DNA of 64,000 bases from Octopus vulgaris (Eukaryota), in contig OX597830.1 of the NCBI GenBank assembly GCA_951406725.2, forward strand, positions 60,822,001 through 60,886,000, written 5' to 3'. Under the pieces are notes generated by a model. It did no database searches. It saw nothing but the letters and a program-made list of their open reading frames with translations, and was not told the DNA's origin. Below, piece after piece: positions 26,398 through 39,654 of this stretch. Positions within the stretch are counted from its first letter, which is position 1. The number at the start of each line of letters is the position of its first letter. A program made the position numbers and the translations under genes.

Positions 26398-29300
26398 GAC
26401 ATTTGCCCACTATCTCTTCTATTTGTAATCTCATCAACAAGTAAGCTAGTCTGGACTCGAGAACAATACAATTGAATAAAAATTTGCCTTTCAACTTCTG
26501 GGCTCCTCGAAGCTTTATTTGCAGTAAATCCATTCTTCTGCTGAGATGAATCAGTATTGTATTGTCATTGCAAACGGACAAAAACGAAAATGTTAAGAAT
26601 ACTGAAGATTGAAGAATTTACTTCAAAGCACACAATGTCTTGTGATCTTATTTCTCATTTCTTCCAAGAAATCTCTTACAACTGAAAATTTCATATTTGT
26701 AGCAAGAGCCACATATCTATCACTATAATGTATGCCTTTTATTTGCTTGTCACCAGCCAACCTTGAAGAATGTTTTGGTCAAACAAATCGACCCAATACT
26801 TATTCCATTGGTCTCTTTTGTCAAACCTCTAAGTTATGGGGATGTAAGCACACTAACACCAGTTATCAAGTGATGGGATTCTTTCAGTTTCTGCCTACCA
26901 AATCCACTTAGAAGCAAGCCTTAACACACCTGTACCCGTGTCCAACATTTTGAAATAAAACCATTAACGATAATTTTCTAGATTTTGTATGTTGCATGGA
27001 AGGTGTAATCGTTCATGTGTGATGTTAGTATGCCAGAAGTACCAACTAAACCAATGACCTACCTAAAGCAAATTAACATTCCTCATTTCATCTATTGCCC
27101 AAAAGATTTCTATCTTGGTTATCGTTATTGATTATAACAGCATGAAAACTCATAGAAGTTAGCATCATTTCTAATTTAGTTCTAGCTGTTCTCTGGGACC
27201 AATGAATCTTAAGGATGTGGGCCTAGTCCAAAGATAGTTTAAAGACTGAATGCTTTAAGAGACAAAACCTCAAGAAAAAGGATGGAAACAATGGTATTCC
27301 ATAAAACAGAGTCATCTAATTCATACTGTATGAGGAAAATTTAATAGCAATTCCTTCTCTTAAAATACCTTTGATCCCCCCCCCCACAAGCATACTGAAA
27401 AATAATTTTAAAAAACCAGTTTTGCTTCAGACATTTATATGCACTTGTAGCAACGATGGTTTGTAATTATAGCAAATTGAAAAATGCACCAAGTATAATT
27501 ATCCAAGGTAGCTGAATATTTTCAGTATGAAATATAAACTAAAACACTCACAATTTTTGTCAATCAAGATTCTGCTAGGAAAAATTTTTTTTTTTTTTTT
27601 TTTTACATATCTTTATAACTTTGTGCTTTTATGATAACATTGCTCATTTTGAATATATATTGCTTTACATCATTCAATTTCTAAAGTATAAAAGGGTATC
27701 CAACTGTAGAAACCCTTGCAAAAGCAGATGTCAGAGCATGACCTTACACCTATCATATCAGATCAAAGCCAGCCAACCCATGCCAGCATGGAACATGGAT
27801 GTTAAATGATGATGAGATGTTCAGGTAACATATTTGTGGTGTTTATGGATTACAGAATGTTTACAATCAGAGCTGGTGAGCAAACATTACTCTCACCAAC
27901 ATCACATGCAGATTGAGTCACCAAATATCAGGAAATATTTATCAAAGTAGTAGAGAATCAGGTTTTGGTGAGTCGGCAAGTTCCCAAATATATTCATAAA
28001 ATGCTTTTACAAGAGACCTGAATGACATTCCATCAAACAATAGCTTAGATGGGTATGGACTCCTCACCACTGAGTTACAATAGTTCAACCTGGCTAATAA
28101 CAGTTCAGTGTCCTAACATTGTTTTAGAAAATGTCCATGCAAAAATCCATCATTCATATCTCTAGTGATTCTCTATTTCAAACCTGTGAAGAACATCCTA
28201 CAAAACTTTCCTTGCAATATCTCAGAACTTTTCTGCCCAAGCTTTTTCTACATTAACTTAAATTAACCCTACATCAATGTCATCAGTATTGGAAGGCCTT
28301 CAATGGGTTATGGATACAGATCATCTCCTTGGAGTAGATCTAATAACATAACTGATAAAATCCATTTCTATAGTTAGATGCTTTTGTTGGCAGGCTATCA
28401 CCAAATGATTTCTGCTTTACATTTCAATTTACTAGTGAGTTAAACATCTCTTATTAGAATATCTTCCTATAAAGTTGACAGGATGAATGCAATATACTAA
28501 GAAGCTTACATTTGCAACTCATACAAAATTCTTTTCAGAGTTGAAGATATCAGGAATTTTCGAAGAACCTGTCACTAAGCCAAGTCTTGCAAGAATAAAT
28601 ACTGTTCTTCACACCTAGCCTTTACGTTAACAATCAAGTTTTGATATCAGTCACAAATTTTTGAATCTCTTAAATCTAAATTGAGGTAAAAAGAAATGAA
28701 ATAGAACAAGTTTAAAAGCTTAATTCATAATTGCTAAAGAAATAGAAAACCAAAAGGTCTTCTGGTATATGTATATGAAGAATGTGTGAAGTAGTAGAGA
28801 TTGACTGTAGATCTACAAAAGGCTGAGAAAATTAGAGAATGAACTATGTCTAGGAGAAATAACTATACTGATAAAGACATGTGATACCTTACACGAGCTG
28901 TGTATCAAATAAAAGTGCCATGGGTTGTCAATGGAGGATATCCTTAATATAAGTGAAGACAAGCTATGTTGAACAACAGAACTGTTCGAGCCATACCAGT
29001 ATAAAGGTATTTAAAACACTTTATATCACCAATATTAATATTTGTTACAATATATCACTATAAATTCATAAAAATTTTGCAAAATTCAGAGAAAAAAAGA
29101 ATTAACATATCTTCTTTTGCTAAATATCTATCTGTTCACTGATATGAATTAAGACAAAATATACATAACCAGTTATAACCTGAGGGTAAAACAGTTGAGT
29201 TTGAACCATCTTCAATGTGGTTTGTATCTGCAGCAACAAACTAGATCAATGTTTATCAACCACTTTTACATGGACCCCCTCTAGACATTTGAGGCTAAAA

Positions 29301-32300
29301 AAAAAACTTTAAACACTTTGTATATTGTAGAAGTATAACCAATTGATTGTACACATTTTTTAACTGCAAAATCTTATATGGACTGGTTGAGAATCACAAC
29401 TAGATCTGTAAGTAACAGGACATGGCTAAGACAGTGTTGAAATGAAGAGGATCTTGAGAGAAAGTCTAACAGATAGAAGCAAATTAGATCCAGTGAGGAA
29501 GTAACCTTAGCTGAAGTACTTGAATTGTATCAACCTTGTACTTTAATAGACCTTGAAAAGATTAAAAGCAAAGTTGTCCTCGGAATGTAGAGCTGGAAGA
29601 AATACAAGGTAATTTCTGTCCAATCCTAATAATTCTACCAATTATTGCCTTTTAAAAATAGATAAAATTCCTAAACTCGCTAATACAGGAATTTCTCTCA
29701 CAGCTAAATCACTTCACAGAAACAATAGGGATGAAATTGTGCAAGAGATGCTGAAGAATCCAATAGTAGCAATTCTACAAAATACTCAAATTTTCTCATA
29801 TAAAGACATTACTTCAGCAAAGTTAGGACCACAAGGGAGGGGATTTTTACTAGAGTACCAATTTCCTAACTCCTTATCAATTGTTAAAGGCAAATATCTT
29901 TAATCTATCATTCATACCTCAGTATTCTTTGCATTATACTGCACCAACCAACACCCAACTCTTTCATGCCAACTTCTGCATCACCACTTACACGGCCAGA
30001 AACTGGTATAAAAGGGGGCAGCAATAGAAATTCAGAGACAATTTGAGAAAGGCCAAAAGGCATGCAATTCCAAACCTGTAAAATTTAGATATCATTAATC
30101 TTAGCCTCTGTGAGGAATATCTGTAATATATGATAAGACCAGTATTCAAATTTGGTGAGTACACAACTGAGAAGACTACCGCTTAGAACTACTTGAATTC
30201 ACATATTCCACAGTAAAAGCAATATGTCCATTTTTCACCTATCCAAATAAAAGTATTTACAGAAAACTGGTTTTTGTAGATGCCTCAGCAGACATGGAGA
30301 AAGATTAGATGCTCACCCAATCAACTCAGTACTAGTACATTAATCTTGAAGTACCCATAACATAGGATTTCTAGAATTTTAGTTACTATGCAACCTCTGC
30401 ATGATGAACTGCTTGGTTTTGGGTTCAGTTTTATTGTAGAGTACATAAGGACAAGGTCTTTAGTTAATCGAAGATTGGAGAGTGAGATTTGCAACTGGAA
30501 ACTGGTAGCTTCTGTTTTGGTGCTGAGTAGTGGTCTTAATCCATTGCTTGGTCCTTGGTTTTTCTTTAGCAAAGTTCAATGTTGCAAGTATCTGTATTGG
30601 TACTATTTCAGATGAACAACCTCCTCAGAGCCTGAAAAGAATCCAACAGACCCAACGAAAATCTCCCACCATTTCGTCATATTCAAGCATCAACTTAAGA
30701 GAGAACCAAAGTTGATGCATTGCCTGTTTCTCAACCTATTTCACTAACATAGCACTTAAAAGGAAAAAAAAAAAAAAAAAACTAAATAGAACTTTACTGC
30801 AAAATTTATTTACTTGTTAGCTACACCTGAACTTAGAAAAACAGTTTTCAAAGACTACTTGCTGAAAGGATTCTGCTGGGATGGATATGTATTCCTTATT
30901 CATCCAAGCTTTTAGAAACATCTTCAGATTCAATTCTTAAAAATTTGGGACGAAAGTTGTTTTTTTTTTTTTACTAAATCACAAGTTTTTGTAGAATGCC
31001 TACATTAAATATGAGAACATTTGAATGTGCAGACCCTTTACCATTCAAACTGGCCATATCAGACCAATATCTCTCACAATGTCATTCTAAAAATAAGCAA
31101 TTACATTTGACAAAGTAATCCAAATTCGAAAGGGTTAAAATTGTTTTAGTGCTATTTTACACCAGGCTCACTTTCAGCTATGTACCATAGAGCTATCATC
31201 TCCATTTGAAAACCATACAATTTCAATGTCTTTTCAAAATCACTTTGGTAGAGACTATGGGACTCTCAGCTCACCTAATGATTAGTATAGATTATACTAA
31301 TCAACAAATGCTATACTCATTTTTTTCACATACAACCAAGATTTATCTTTTGATGTTACAGACCTACTTCAGGTATTTAAAGCCGTACATGTGAAGAGAT
31401 CTTTGCTTAAACCCTCAGTAAGAATGCTTGAAACTTCAAAGTATTTCAACATATTTTGTAAATGCTTACTCTAACATACAATAAAATGTCACCTTTTCAG
31501 AACGACAAGCCATTTACACTCAATCTGAAATAAATTGTAACTTAATGTTTAACAAATGTCGATCTATATTTTAAAAACTTAATCAGAATTTGGCCAATAC
31601 CACACTATCCTGCATCCTAGTTACAGACATTTAGGATTTGAGATTCTATCTGGTAGGCAAAGTCAATGAAACCTCTGTAGTTTATAAAACAGTTTGTGTA
31701 TAGAGTTCCAATGAACAGGCTATGCTTTGAAACCTAACCCTTCCATTACCAACCCACCCAAAACTGATTTTGCTCATGTTGCAAAAACATTTCAACACAT
31801 CTCACAAGTATGCTTGTGAAATGGGTTTTCACTCTAAACAACTAAATTACACTATCCAACATTATTTTATGTGATGTCTGACGGAAGTCTAGAGATCTTT
31901 CCACTTTGAAAAAAAATTTTTTTCTTTAGACAGAAAATACCAGTATCGTATCAAGCATTGAGTTTGAAGCCAAAGGATTTTCAAAAGATGGCCTCCAGCA
32001 AAATAAACAGTGGCCATAAACCACGTGCATGATTATGAATCAGATATTTCAATTTCTGAAAGTAAAACAATTCTGACAAGTTAGGATAGCAATGAATAAA
32101 AAAAAAATTGCACCTGAATGTAGCAAGAATATGAAAACTGCTTTCCTTAGCTTTTAGTAAGAGACTAAACCTAGCCATGGTCTAGGCAAATGAAAGCATT
32201 AGATCTCTCTGCTTGCAGGAACTACTGCAGAAGCAAAATTATAATGCAGAACAGAGGGAAAAAGATTTTTGCTCTCCCACACTTTACATTTTTTTAATCT

Positions 32301-33009
32301 ACTTGTTAGGTGTGCAACAGTTTGATAATTCACACTGAATCCTGTAGCTGATGACATTTCATTGTCTAGCTTTCTTGAAAAATTCCAACACTTCTATATT
32401 AAAATTTTGTGGTATACTCAAATGTTAGCTAGTAACTCCTTTTCTATGGTGGATGTTTAAAAAAAACCCATTTAACTTTATATTCTGTTTAATGTACTAT
32501 TTATCTGTAATCAGATTTTCAATAGATTTGGATAAGAACCTTTGTTAAATTGTGATCTGAGTATCACAAAATGTTAATCGGTAAGAGTTTAATGAAACCA
32601 GCCTAAATTCACAATTTTACAGCTTATAAGACTAAAGGGGTGTATTTTGGTTAGAAATATAGGTTGATGCTAACCATTAAGTTAAAATTGGATACTGCAG
32701 CTGTCATAACCTATGCAACACTGCCATCCATATGTCAGATCGACAGCAATTCAATGCAAAGCACAAATTGAATTCAGGGAGACAGGTTTCTCTTGTGTGC
32801 AAAAGATATTTGATAATGCACAGAATTGTTATTTAATAGTAGTGGCAATTTTAATATAAATGCAAGTGCAAAAAGCAAACCTAACTATATTAAGCAATGA
32901 GAACACCATTACTATATAATTGTACAAGTATAAAAAACTGCTACTATTGACCCCATATATGGCATAGCTAATATGGTTTGAAATAACCAAACCGGATTTG
33001 ATTACTTAC

Positions 33010-33031
33010 CTTTTCCAAGAGTGTGATATAT
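33010..33031 (-). other. Candidate 22-nt micro-exon downstream of the paralog A stop
   Basis: CTTGTTTCTCTTTCAG|ATATATCACACTCTTGGAAAAG|GTAAGT: strong pyrimidine tract and acceptor, and a consensus donor 22 nt later. Confidence 0.55.
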
Positions 33032-34084
33032 CTGAAAGAGAAACAAGCACTAACAAGAAGTTTCTCACTGTGTGGCTTCCAAAAGGCATAGGGGAAGGAG
33101 AAAATTGCAGAAATATGTAAAGTAAATTTCAACACCTTAAAAAATGCTATTTAAAATTTAAAAAAAAATAAAAAAATATGAAAGGCCAACATCTAAATTT
33201 ATCCCTGAGATACAGTCAATGGCACTGTATTAAATGTCAGTTTTTTTGTTTTTTTTTTCATAAAAATAAAAAAAGGTGTTTACAAATAGCCAACTATGTT
33301 ATCACAGACAGGTTGCAGACAGCAGCAGCTGTTTTAGGGCAGCAGTGCACGCAGCTGAAGAAACAGGCACCGTAATGGAGGAAATTGTTGAATTTCGCTG
33401 TGAAGAAAAACAGTTTCGTCATCATTACGTCGAAATAGGTATCACTTGATACGTCCCTCTCCACCAGTTGAAATGCTGATGAACCATGGCAATCAGGGTT
33501 CTGTTGCTGGGTGAAGAACCCATGTCGAGTCATTTGAAATATTTAAAAAAAAATGCAATATGAAAATTACTCAGTTGGAATGACAAAGTATATTGGGAGG
33601 GTAAATCAATTGGAATTCTAAAAGTATGAAAGTCAGTAATTTTCCACTATTATTGGTATAATGCAGCATCACTAGTGTTCATACCCATTTCTCATTACTT
33701 GAAAATGAAACTTTTTTTTTTTTTAAATGCTACAATCGAAATGGGATCTGAAATCTCCCAACAGGGTATCTTTAAACTCATCTGAACAATTTGCCAAATT
33801 GATTTTAATATGAACATTACCCTAAACACTATAAATTTTCACAAAACAATTGTAACAATCATCTCTTATAATCATTATGATGCCAAGCATAAAGGGCAGT
33901 TTGCTGTGGAGTGGGACGAAAAAAAAAAATGCAATTTTACCGATACTTGAACCTGTTTCATTTTTAAACAAGTCCCAGACATTCAACTAAATACACAATT
34001 TTCTTTGTATTCTTGCCCAGCCCCTGCAACAAAGAGCAAACTCTCTCAACTGCCACAAAACACAAGACCTTCATGCATTTTATA

Positions 34085-34090
34085 TTTATT
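34085..34090 (-). terminator. Candidate proximal poly(A) signal of paralog A
   Basis: AATAAA on the minus strand about 1.05 kb after the stop, followed by a GU/U-rich downstream element (GUCUUGUGUUUUGUG). Confidence 0.5.
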
Positions 34091-35143
34091 TACTTTCTCT
34101 ACAGATCAGCTCCCATTCAACACGCAAAAAAAGGAGACATCCGTCACCCATTCAACAAAGTTGATTCAGTTCGTTCACATCTGTCATGCGTGCATCAGTC
34201 CGTGCGTGCAATCCAAACGACTGGCAACTATTTACATATTACCAATGGTCACCCACCACACAACTAAAATGATCTTCACTGACCCAGACCAAAGCTAACA
34301 CTCATTCAAAAGAAAGAAAAAAAAAATAAAGGGAAATGTTTACAAATAGGAGATATGGAAAAGAAAAGTCAGTAAGGGATTCTTTTCAGGCAATACAGCA
34401 GCAGAAAAATCAAACGATGAGGGGGGGAGGGAGATGAAAGTATATTTTAGTGGAATTTCTAGGAGAGTCACATTACTGAGCAGAAAAGAAAAAAAAAGAA
34501 TGAGTAGATGAAATGATAGAAAGCAGCTCATCCAAGAGCGAAATGAAGGAAACGAAGAAGGAATGTATAGGGTAAGGGGAGACAATTTAGACAGTTCACA
34601 ATGTCTCTCTTCAAAGTAAAGCTGCACAAAATTTTCACTCAACAATACAAAATTGCACTGAATCAAGTGAAAATGCATGATATAATATAGATGTCTATAG
34701 AGGGACTGTTCTAAAAGTGCTGCTGTCTAAAGTTGGTCGGCAGTTATGGGAAAGTGAAGTATGACAGATCACTCACAACATTCAACAAACGTGTATAACA
34801 AAAGTATGAAGAGGGGAAAGAAAGGAGAGGGGAGGGGGGAAAATATCAAAATAAGATGACAGTCCAGGTAATAAATTTTCAGTGTGTATACATCATATAT
34901 AAATATACATATATAATACATATATGAACATATATACACTTGCATACACACTGAAAATTAGGAAACTGGACCGAGAGTGATTAAATGAAAAGACCTTGAC
35001 TTATGGCAAATTTGACAAGATCAAAAAGGAACGTGACAACTGCTAAAGAACAGTGAATCAGGTATGAATGGGACTGAGTGAAGAAAAGACAAAAAGATGG
35101 AGGAAAAAATATATTAAAATGCATTGCAAACAATGATCAGCCG

Positions 35144-35788
35144 TTAATTCCATCCACCAGATTTTGATAGTGAACCCCCCCAATTTGCTGAATGCCCTTG
35201 ACCATTTTCTGCTGGGCCACCCCAACCCAAATAATTGTTATTGGGACCACTACCAATACTACCAAAGCTTTGGTTGCTATTTTGACTGTTAGACTCTCCC
35301 CCTCCACCTTGTCCCATTCCTAATGGCCCCCACCCCCCAGGCCCACTAAGCATGGCCTGAGCAGCTGCCAACATTGCTGGATTTATCTGAAAGTTGCCAA
35401 AATTCATCGGGGGTCCATTCATGTTGCCATTACTATTGCGGTTTCCCTGATTCCACCCACCCTGTCCATAACCTTGATTATAGTTGCCTTGAGGACCACG
35501 CCTATCCCAGTTGCCAGAGTTGCCGCTATTGTGTTTATCTGCAGGTTTCGGCAGTGCACTGCTCACATGAACGCTGACATTCTTCACAATGTGGTCTTCG
35601 CCACACAAAGCTTGAGCAATATCAGGATCAGTGAATGTAACAAATGCGAACGCCCGGAATGGTTTGGGGATAAAGACATCAATGACTTCACCATATTTAG
35701 AGAAGTAAGTGAGAAGGTCATCTTCGGTCATGTCTTCTGTACACCGGCCAACAAACACTTTACTGTTTACTTGCTGTTGACTACCATC
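35144..35788 (-). CDS. TARDBP: TDP-43 paralog A, coding exon 4 (RRM2 + G/N/Q-rich low-complexity domain); full protein 395 aa
   Basis: Acceptor TTTCTAG|GAT; [18 protein letters not shown], conserved helix [13 protein letters not shown], ends SKSGGWN-TAA; exon sum 238+164+141+645=1188 nt, in frame. Confidence 0.96.
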   Translation of the reverse strand, partial: DGSQQQVNSKVFVGRCTEDMTEDDLLTYFSKYGEVIDVFIPKPFRAFAFVTFTDPDIAQALCGEDHIVKNVSVHVSSALPKPADKHNSGNSGNWDRRGPQGNYNQGYGQGGWNQGNRNSNGNMNGPPMNFGNFQINPAMLAAAQAMLSGPGGWGPLGMGQGGGGESNSQNSNQSFGSIGSGPNNNYLGWGGPAENGQGHSANWGGSLSKSGGWN

Positions 35789-36160
35789 CTAGAAACAGAA
35801 AACGAAATGATGCACATAAATACAAGTGAACACAACAGTAGAAATAGTAGAAATATACGAAAGACAAGATCAAAGTTTTAAGGAAGAATATCTCGTGTCT
35901 AGGTACGGAGAAGTTTACAAGTTTTAATGCTCTTGTTGGCAGAAATTAATAGTCGAGACTTTCTTTCCATTATAAACATGGTTTGCCATTACAATATTTT
36001 AAAAGAAATACTTTCACACCAAAACCAAGTCCTATCGTTAATAAAATATGGAGTGGTGCTATTGGCTCACAAACTAGAGAGAGAGAGAGAGAGCTAGCTG
36101 ACAAAATGGAAGTACAAAGAAATGTATAACAAAGGTTTTTAGTGAGAAAGAACATTTTAC

Positions 36161-36301
36161 CCTGGAGTTTGGAATCCTCACATCACACCAACGCCCGTCA
36201 ATCATGTGTCTTTGGTTGATACATTTTAATTGCGATTCATAATCTTGGAATCGAACAAAACCAAAGCCCTTTGACTGCCCAGTTTTCAAGTCTTTTTTAA
36301 C
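36161..36301 (-). CDS. TARDBP: TDP-43 paralog A, coding exon 3 (RRM1, 141 nt)
   Basis: Acceptor TTTACAG|GTT; [18 protein letters not shown] (RNP1)...[16 protein letters not shown]; donor AGG|GTAAAA. Confidence 0.96.
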
Positions 36302-37128
36302 CTGTAAATTATACGACGAGAAAATAGAAAAATCTAATATATTAAAAAATATAACATTTGAAACAACTTAATTATTTCTTAACCTCAAAACTATTCTCTT
36401 TCACAGCAAAGCATTACCACTTAGCCCATTTATTTATTTGCCACTATTGGCAGAGTGGGAAGGAAGGTGGACTCCACTAGCAGGAGTTTTAAAAACTGGA
36501 TTTGCAACAGGAAATCATTTCCATGATTGAATTCGCCTACTTTCTGAAAGACGTAATGTCTTAGATAAACATTTAGACATACCACTCGTCATCCCAGCCC
36601 GTATGAATAAAAATAGTGGAATAGTTACAGCCGACAGTACTCCATAAGTCTCTGAATGTTCATGTCGACAACACTCATTAAAATGAGAGCATCAACAAAA
36701 CAGCTAACTCGTGTCCGAGTCCCATTCTGGAAGAAGAGAGCAAGAAATAAGACTTCACAATCATTTTCACTGGTCAAACAATTTCTTACGGCGTTCTCGA
36801 GACTAAGCAGTTCAAAATACCGGTCTTCCGAATACGAGTCGAGGATCACCACTGGTCAGTAAGAGAGTTAGGTCAAATCCTCGAGGTGACAAACACTGTA
36901 TATCCCGTTTAAAAAAAAAAAACCTCACTATTGTTCCAAAATAGAACGCCACACCTTTGCAAGGTGTGAAACAAAGAAAAAAAAGAGTTAAAATCCTGGT
37001 ATTTCTATTTTATCATATACACACATTTTCCCTCCCAGGATCAATAATTAAGCAAAGTATTAAAATTCATTTATAGCCCGACACCATTACGGAGATTAAA
37101 TATGTAGAAGAAGAGATATAAACTTTAC

Positions 37129-37292
37129 CTGCACCATTAACAGTTCACCAAACTGTGAAAAATATTGTCTCAGATCTTCTTCAGTACTTTTCCAAGGTAG
37201 GCCCAACACAATAAGGTCGCTACACTTTTTGTTGACTCTCTTGGCTTTGATGGCTCCGCTGTCCATGCCATCATCACTCTTCCTCTTGTTAT
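37129..37292 (-). CDS. TARDBP: TDP-43 paralog A, coding exon 2 (bipartite NLS + start of RRM1, 164 nt)
   Basis: Acceptor TTGTGCAG|AT, branch-like GCTGAC near 37329-37334; DNKRKSDD...[26 protein letters not shown]...LMVQ; donor CAG|GTAAAG. Confidence 0.96.
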
Positions 37293-38517
37293 CTGCACAA
37301 TAACACAACATAATAATAATTAATACTCGTCAGCCTTGAAAGGGAAAATACTACTCCATGGCAACACAACAACACCAAACAACAACAATACCGTACACAG
37401 AAACGGAGCAGGGGGGGGGAGCAATTATCTGGAAGCTGTATTTGCTGCTGATATGTGTGCGCGCGCATGTGTCGTGGGGGGGGTGGGGGCATCGCCGACT
37501 GCAATTAGCAACACAGGTCAATTGCCAGGGGATTATTTCTATTGCAAAGTGAATTTCACAAGCGTACACCACTCCTTATTATATACACGTGTAATAAAGG
37601 AATGGATTAGGATACGGACGAACCGATTAAACTTAGATATAAAAGATACTAGGATGAATGGTAAGGCAGGAAAAAGAAAAAAAATCCTGTTTAGTGCCAA
37701 ACATGTAGCAATATGGCGGATATATTGTTTCCCTTTGTGGCGAAGTGACTGTGTCTTGCCTTTCGATAATCTCACACACAGCGACCCAATTTCCAGTTTC
37801 AAGTGAATACTTTTCATCATCTTTAAGAAGAAACACGATACCCTTTTAAGGGCATAAACACTAATCCTGGTCCTCCCCTCTCGCAAAGTACCAAAGGATT
37901 TACACACTTTCATTATTTATAAGATGGTGATTTCGAGAAAAGCGTTTTCAGCTGAAAATTTATTCTCCTCGCCTCCCTCCTTTTTTTTTTTTTTTTTACA
38001 AACAAAAATTTTCATTACATCCAGTGTAATATGGAAACAGAAGGCTGGTTTACTCTTTATGTAATAAACCAATATATATATATATATATATAAAAAACTA
38101 TTTCATGGTTATCAACGGACTAGCAACAGGTTTTGTTTTTTCTTTTAGGTTTCCAGGTGATAAGAGAAATAAAAAAAGGCTGCAGTTTTATAAAGTCAGA
38201 GGTTAAAAGTAAAAATGCGGCAATTCACAGAATCAGGAACAGTATATAATATATTATAGTATATATTATATTGATATATACTATATATCAAAATAAGAGC
38301 AGAGAATACTTTGAAAAGGGGCGAATATTAATTAAGTACATGAATATTTACAATAGTAAATTGCAACTATTTTTAGGCAAATATCAATTTGAATACTTTA
38401 AAACAAAATTACAATTAACTTAGGTACAAGATTATTTCCTAATTTTTACCTATTTGACATTTGAGTCCTCAGAACACACACACCTCTTAGTTTGAGTCAC
38501 CCCAGAGGAAAACGCTT

Positions 38518-38827
38518 CATATATATATATATATATATACGAAAAAGGAGCAATATAATATATATATATATAGGCATATATGTGTGTATATATATATATA
38601 TATATAGGGTGGTTTCTAATATATATACGAAAAAAGAGCAATATAATATATATATATATAGGTATGTATATATATATATATATAGGGTTGTTTCTGGTAT
38701 ATATATATATATATATATATATACCTATATATATATATACGAAAAAGGAGCAATATAATATATATATAGGCATATATATATATATAGGTTGGTTTCTGAT
38801 ATATACGAAAAAAGAGCAATATAATAT

Positions 38828-38870
<43 letters not shown>

Positions 38871-38911
38871 TTTCTGGTATATATATATATATATATATAC
38901 GAAAAAGGAGC
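38518..38911. repeat. Compound minisatellite in paralog A intron 1
   Basis: atatacgaaaaa(g/a)gagca at about 38535, 38623, 38735, 38801, 38895, interleaved with (TA)n and taggg..gtttct. Confidence 0.85.
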
Positions 38912-39078
38912 ATCTTTATCATTTTACTATAAAAATGATCCATTAAAGCGCATAGGAAATATAAGGAAATATCCGAGTGTGGTGTTTCCAAGGATTTGCA
39001 GCATTTAAAATTGTATAGAATGAGTTTTAAAGATGATAAAATGGTTTTTCAGAGATGAGGTTGGTTAAGTTAACTTAC

Positions 39079-39316
39079 CTTTTGGAAAGACACTGAAGTA
39101 AACACGATCTTCCCATCCGTCTTCGGGAGGATACAACTGTCCGAGGCTGAGTCGAATCCCGCGCACTGCACATGTGTTGGGGTTGCGGTACTTGAGACCA
39201 CAAGCGCCGGGGAACTGGGCAGAGAGGGTGCTCAGCAAGAGAGTACCATCCAGCTCGATGGGGATCTCGATCAGCTCCGAATTCTCGTCCTCGGCAACTT
39301 GGATGTATTGACTCAT
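39079..39316 (-). CDS. TARDBP: TDP-43 paralog A, coding exon 1 (N-terminal domain, 238 nt)
   Basis: [19 protein letters not shown]...[14 protein letters not shown]...VFPK matches the TDP-43 NTD; ends at donor AAG|GTAAGT (phase 1), the same position as in vertebrate TARDBP. Confidence 0.96.
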
Positions 39317-39654
39317 TGCAGAAATAATTGTTGTTGTAGTGTAGTGTGTCGGGGGGTAGGAATAAAACGGGGGAAAAGAATAATAAAAAGAGAGAAGATA
39401 TACAGAGTTTTGTATCTCGGGGAGAGAAGCGGAGAAGAGGAGAAAATGCTAGAAATAGGTGTTAAATACTGAGCGATAAAGTCTACAGGGAAATAAACGA
39501 AGGATAACGAGAAATCGTTGTTGTTGTTTTTTGAAAGGAGGTTGTTTCAACAAAAAAGGGTCCCGAGAATGAAATAAATGTATCAGAGCAAAGCACACTC
39601 TCACTCCCTTCCGATTTCCTCGTTCACTCTAGCACACAACCGCACAACAGGAAA

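Noticed and set aside
35374-35881. Plus-strand ORFs of 67 and 135 aa
   Set aside because: Antisense shadows of TDP-43 exon 4 with no recognisable domain.
37327-37334. CTGACGA on the minus strand in paralog A intron 1
   Set aside because: No rest of a ribozyme; better explained as the exon 2 branch point.
37336-37913. 156-aa and 124-aa ORFs in paralog A intron 1
   Set aside because: Low-complexity, overlapping on both strands, with no domain or splice support.
36302-39078. Intronic C/D-box snoRNAs in paralog A
   Set aside because: A UGAUGA near 37814-37819 has no suitably spaced CUGA or terminal stem that I could see.
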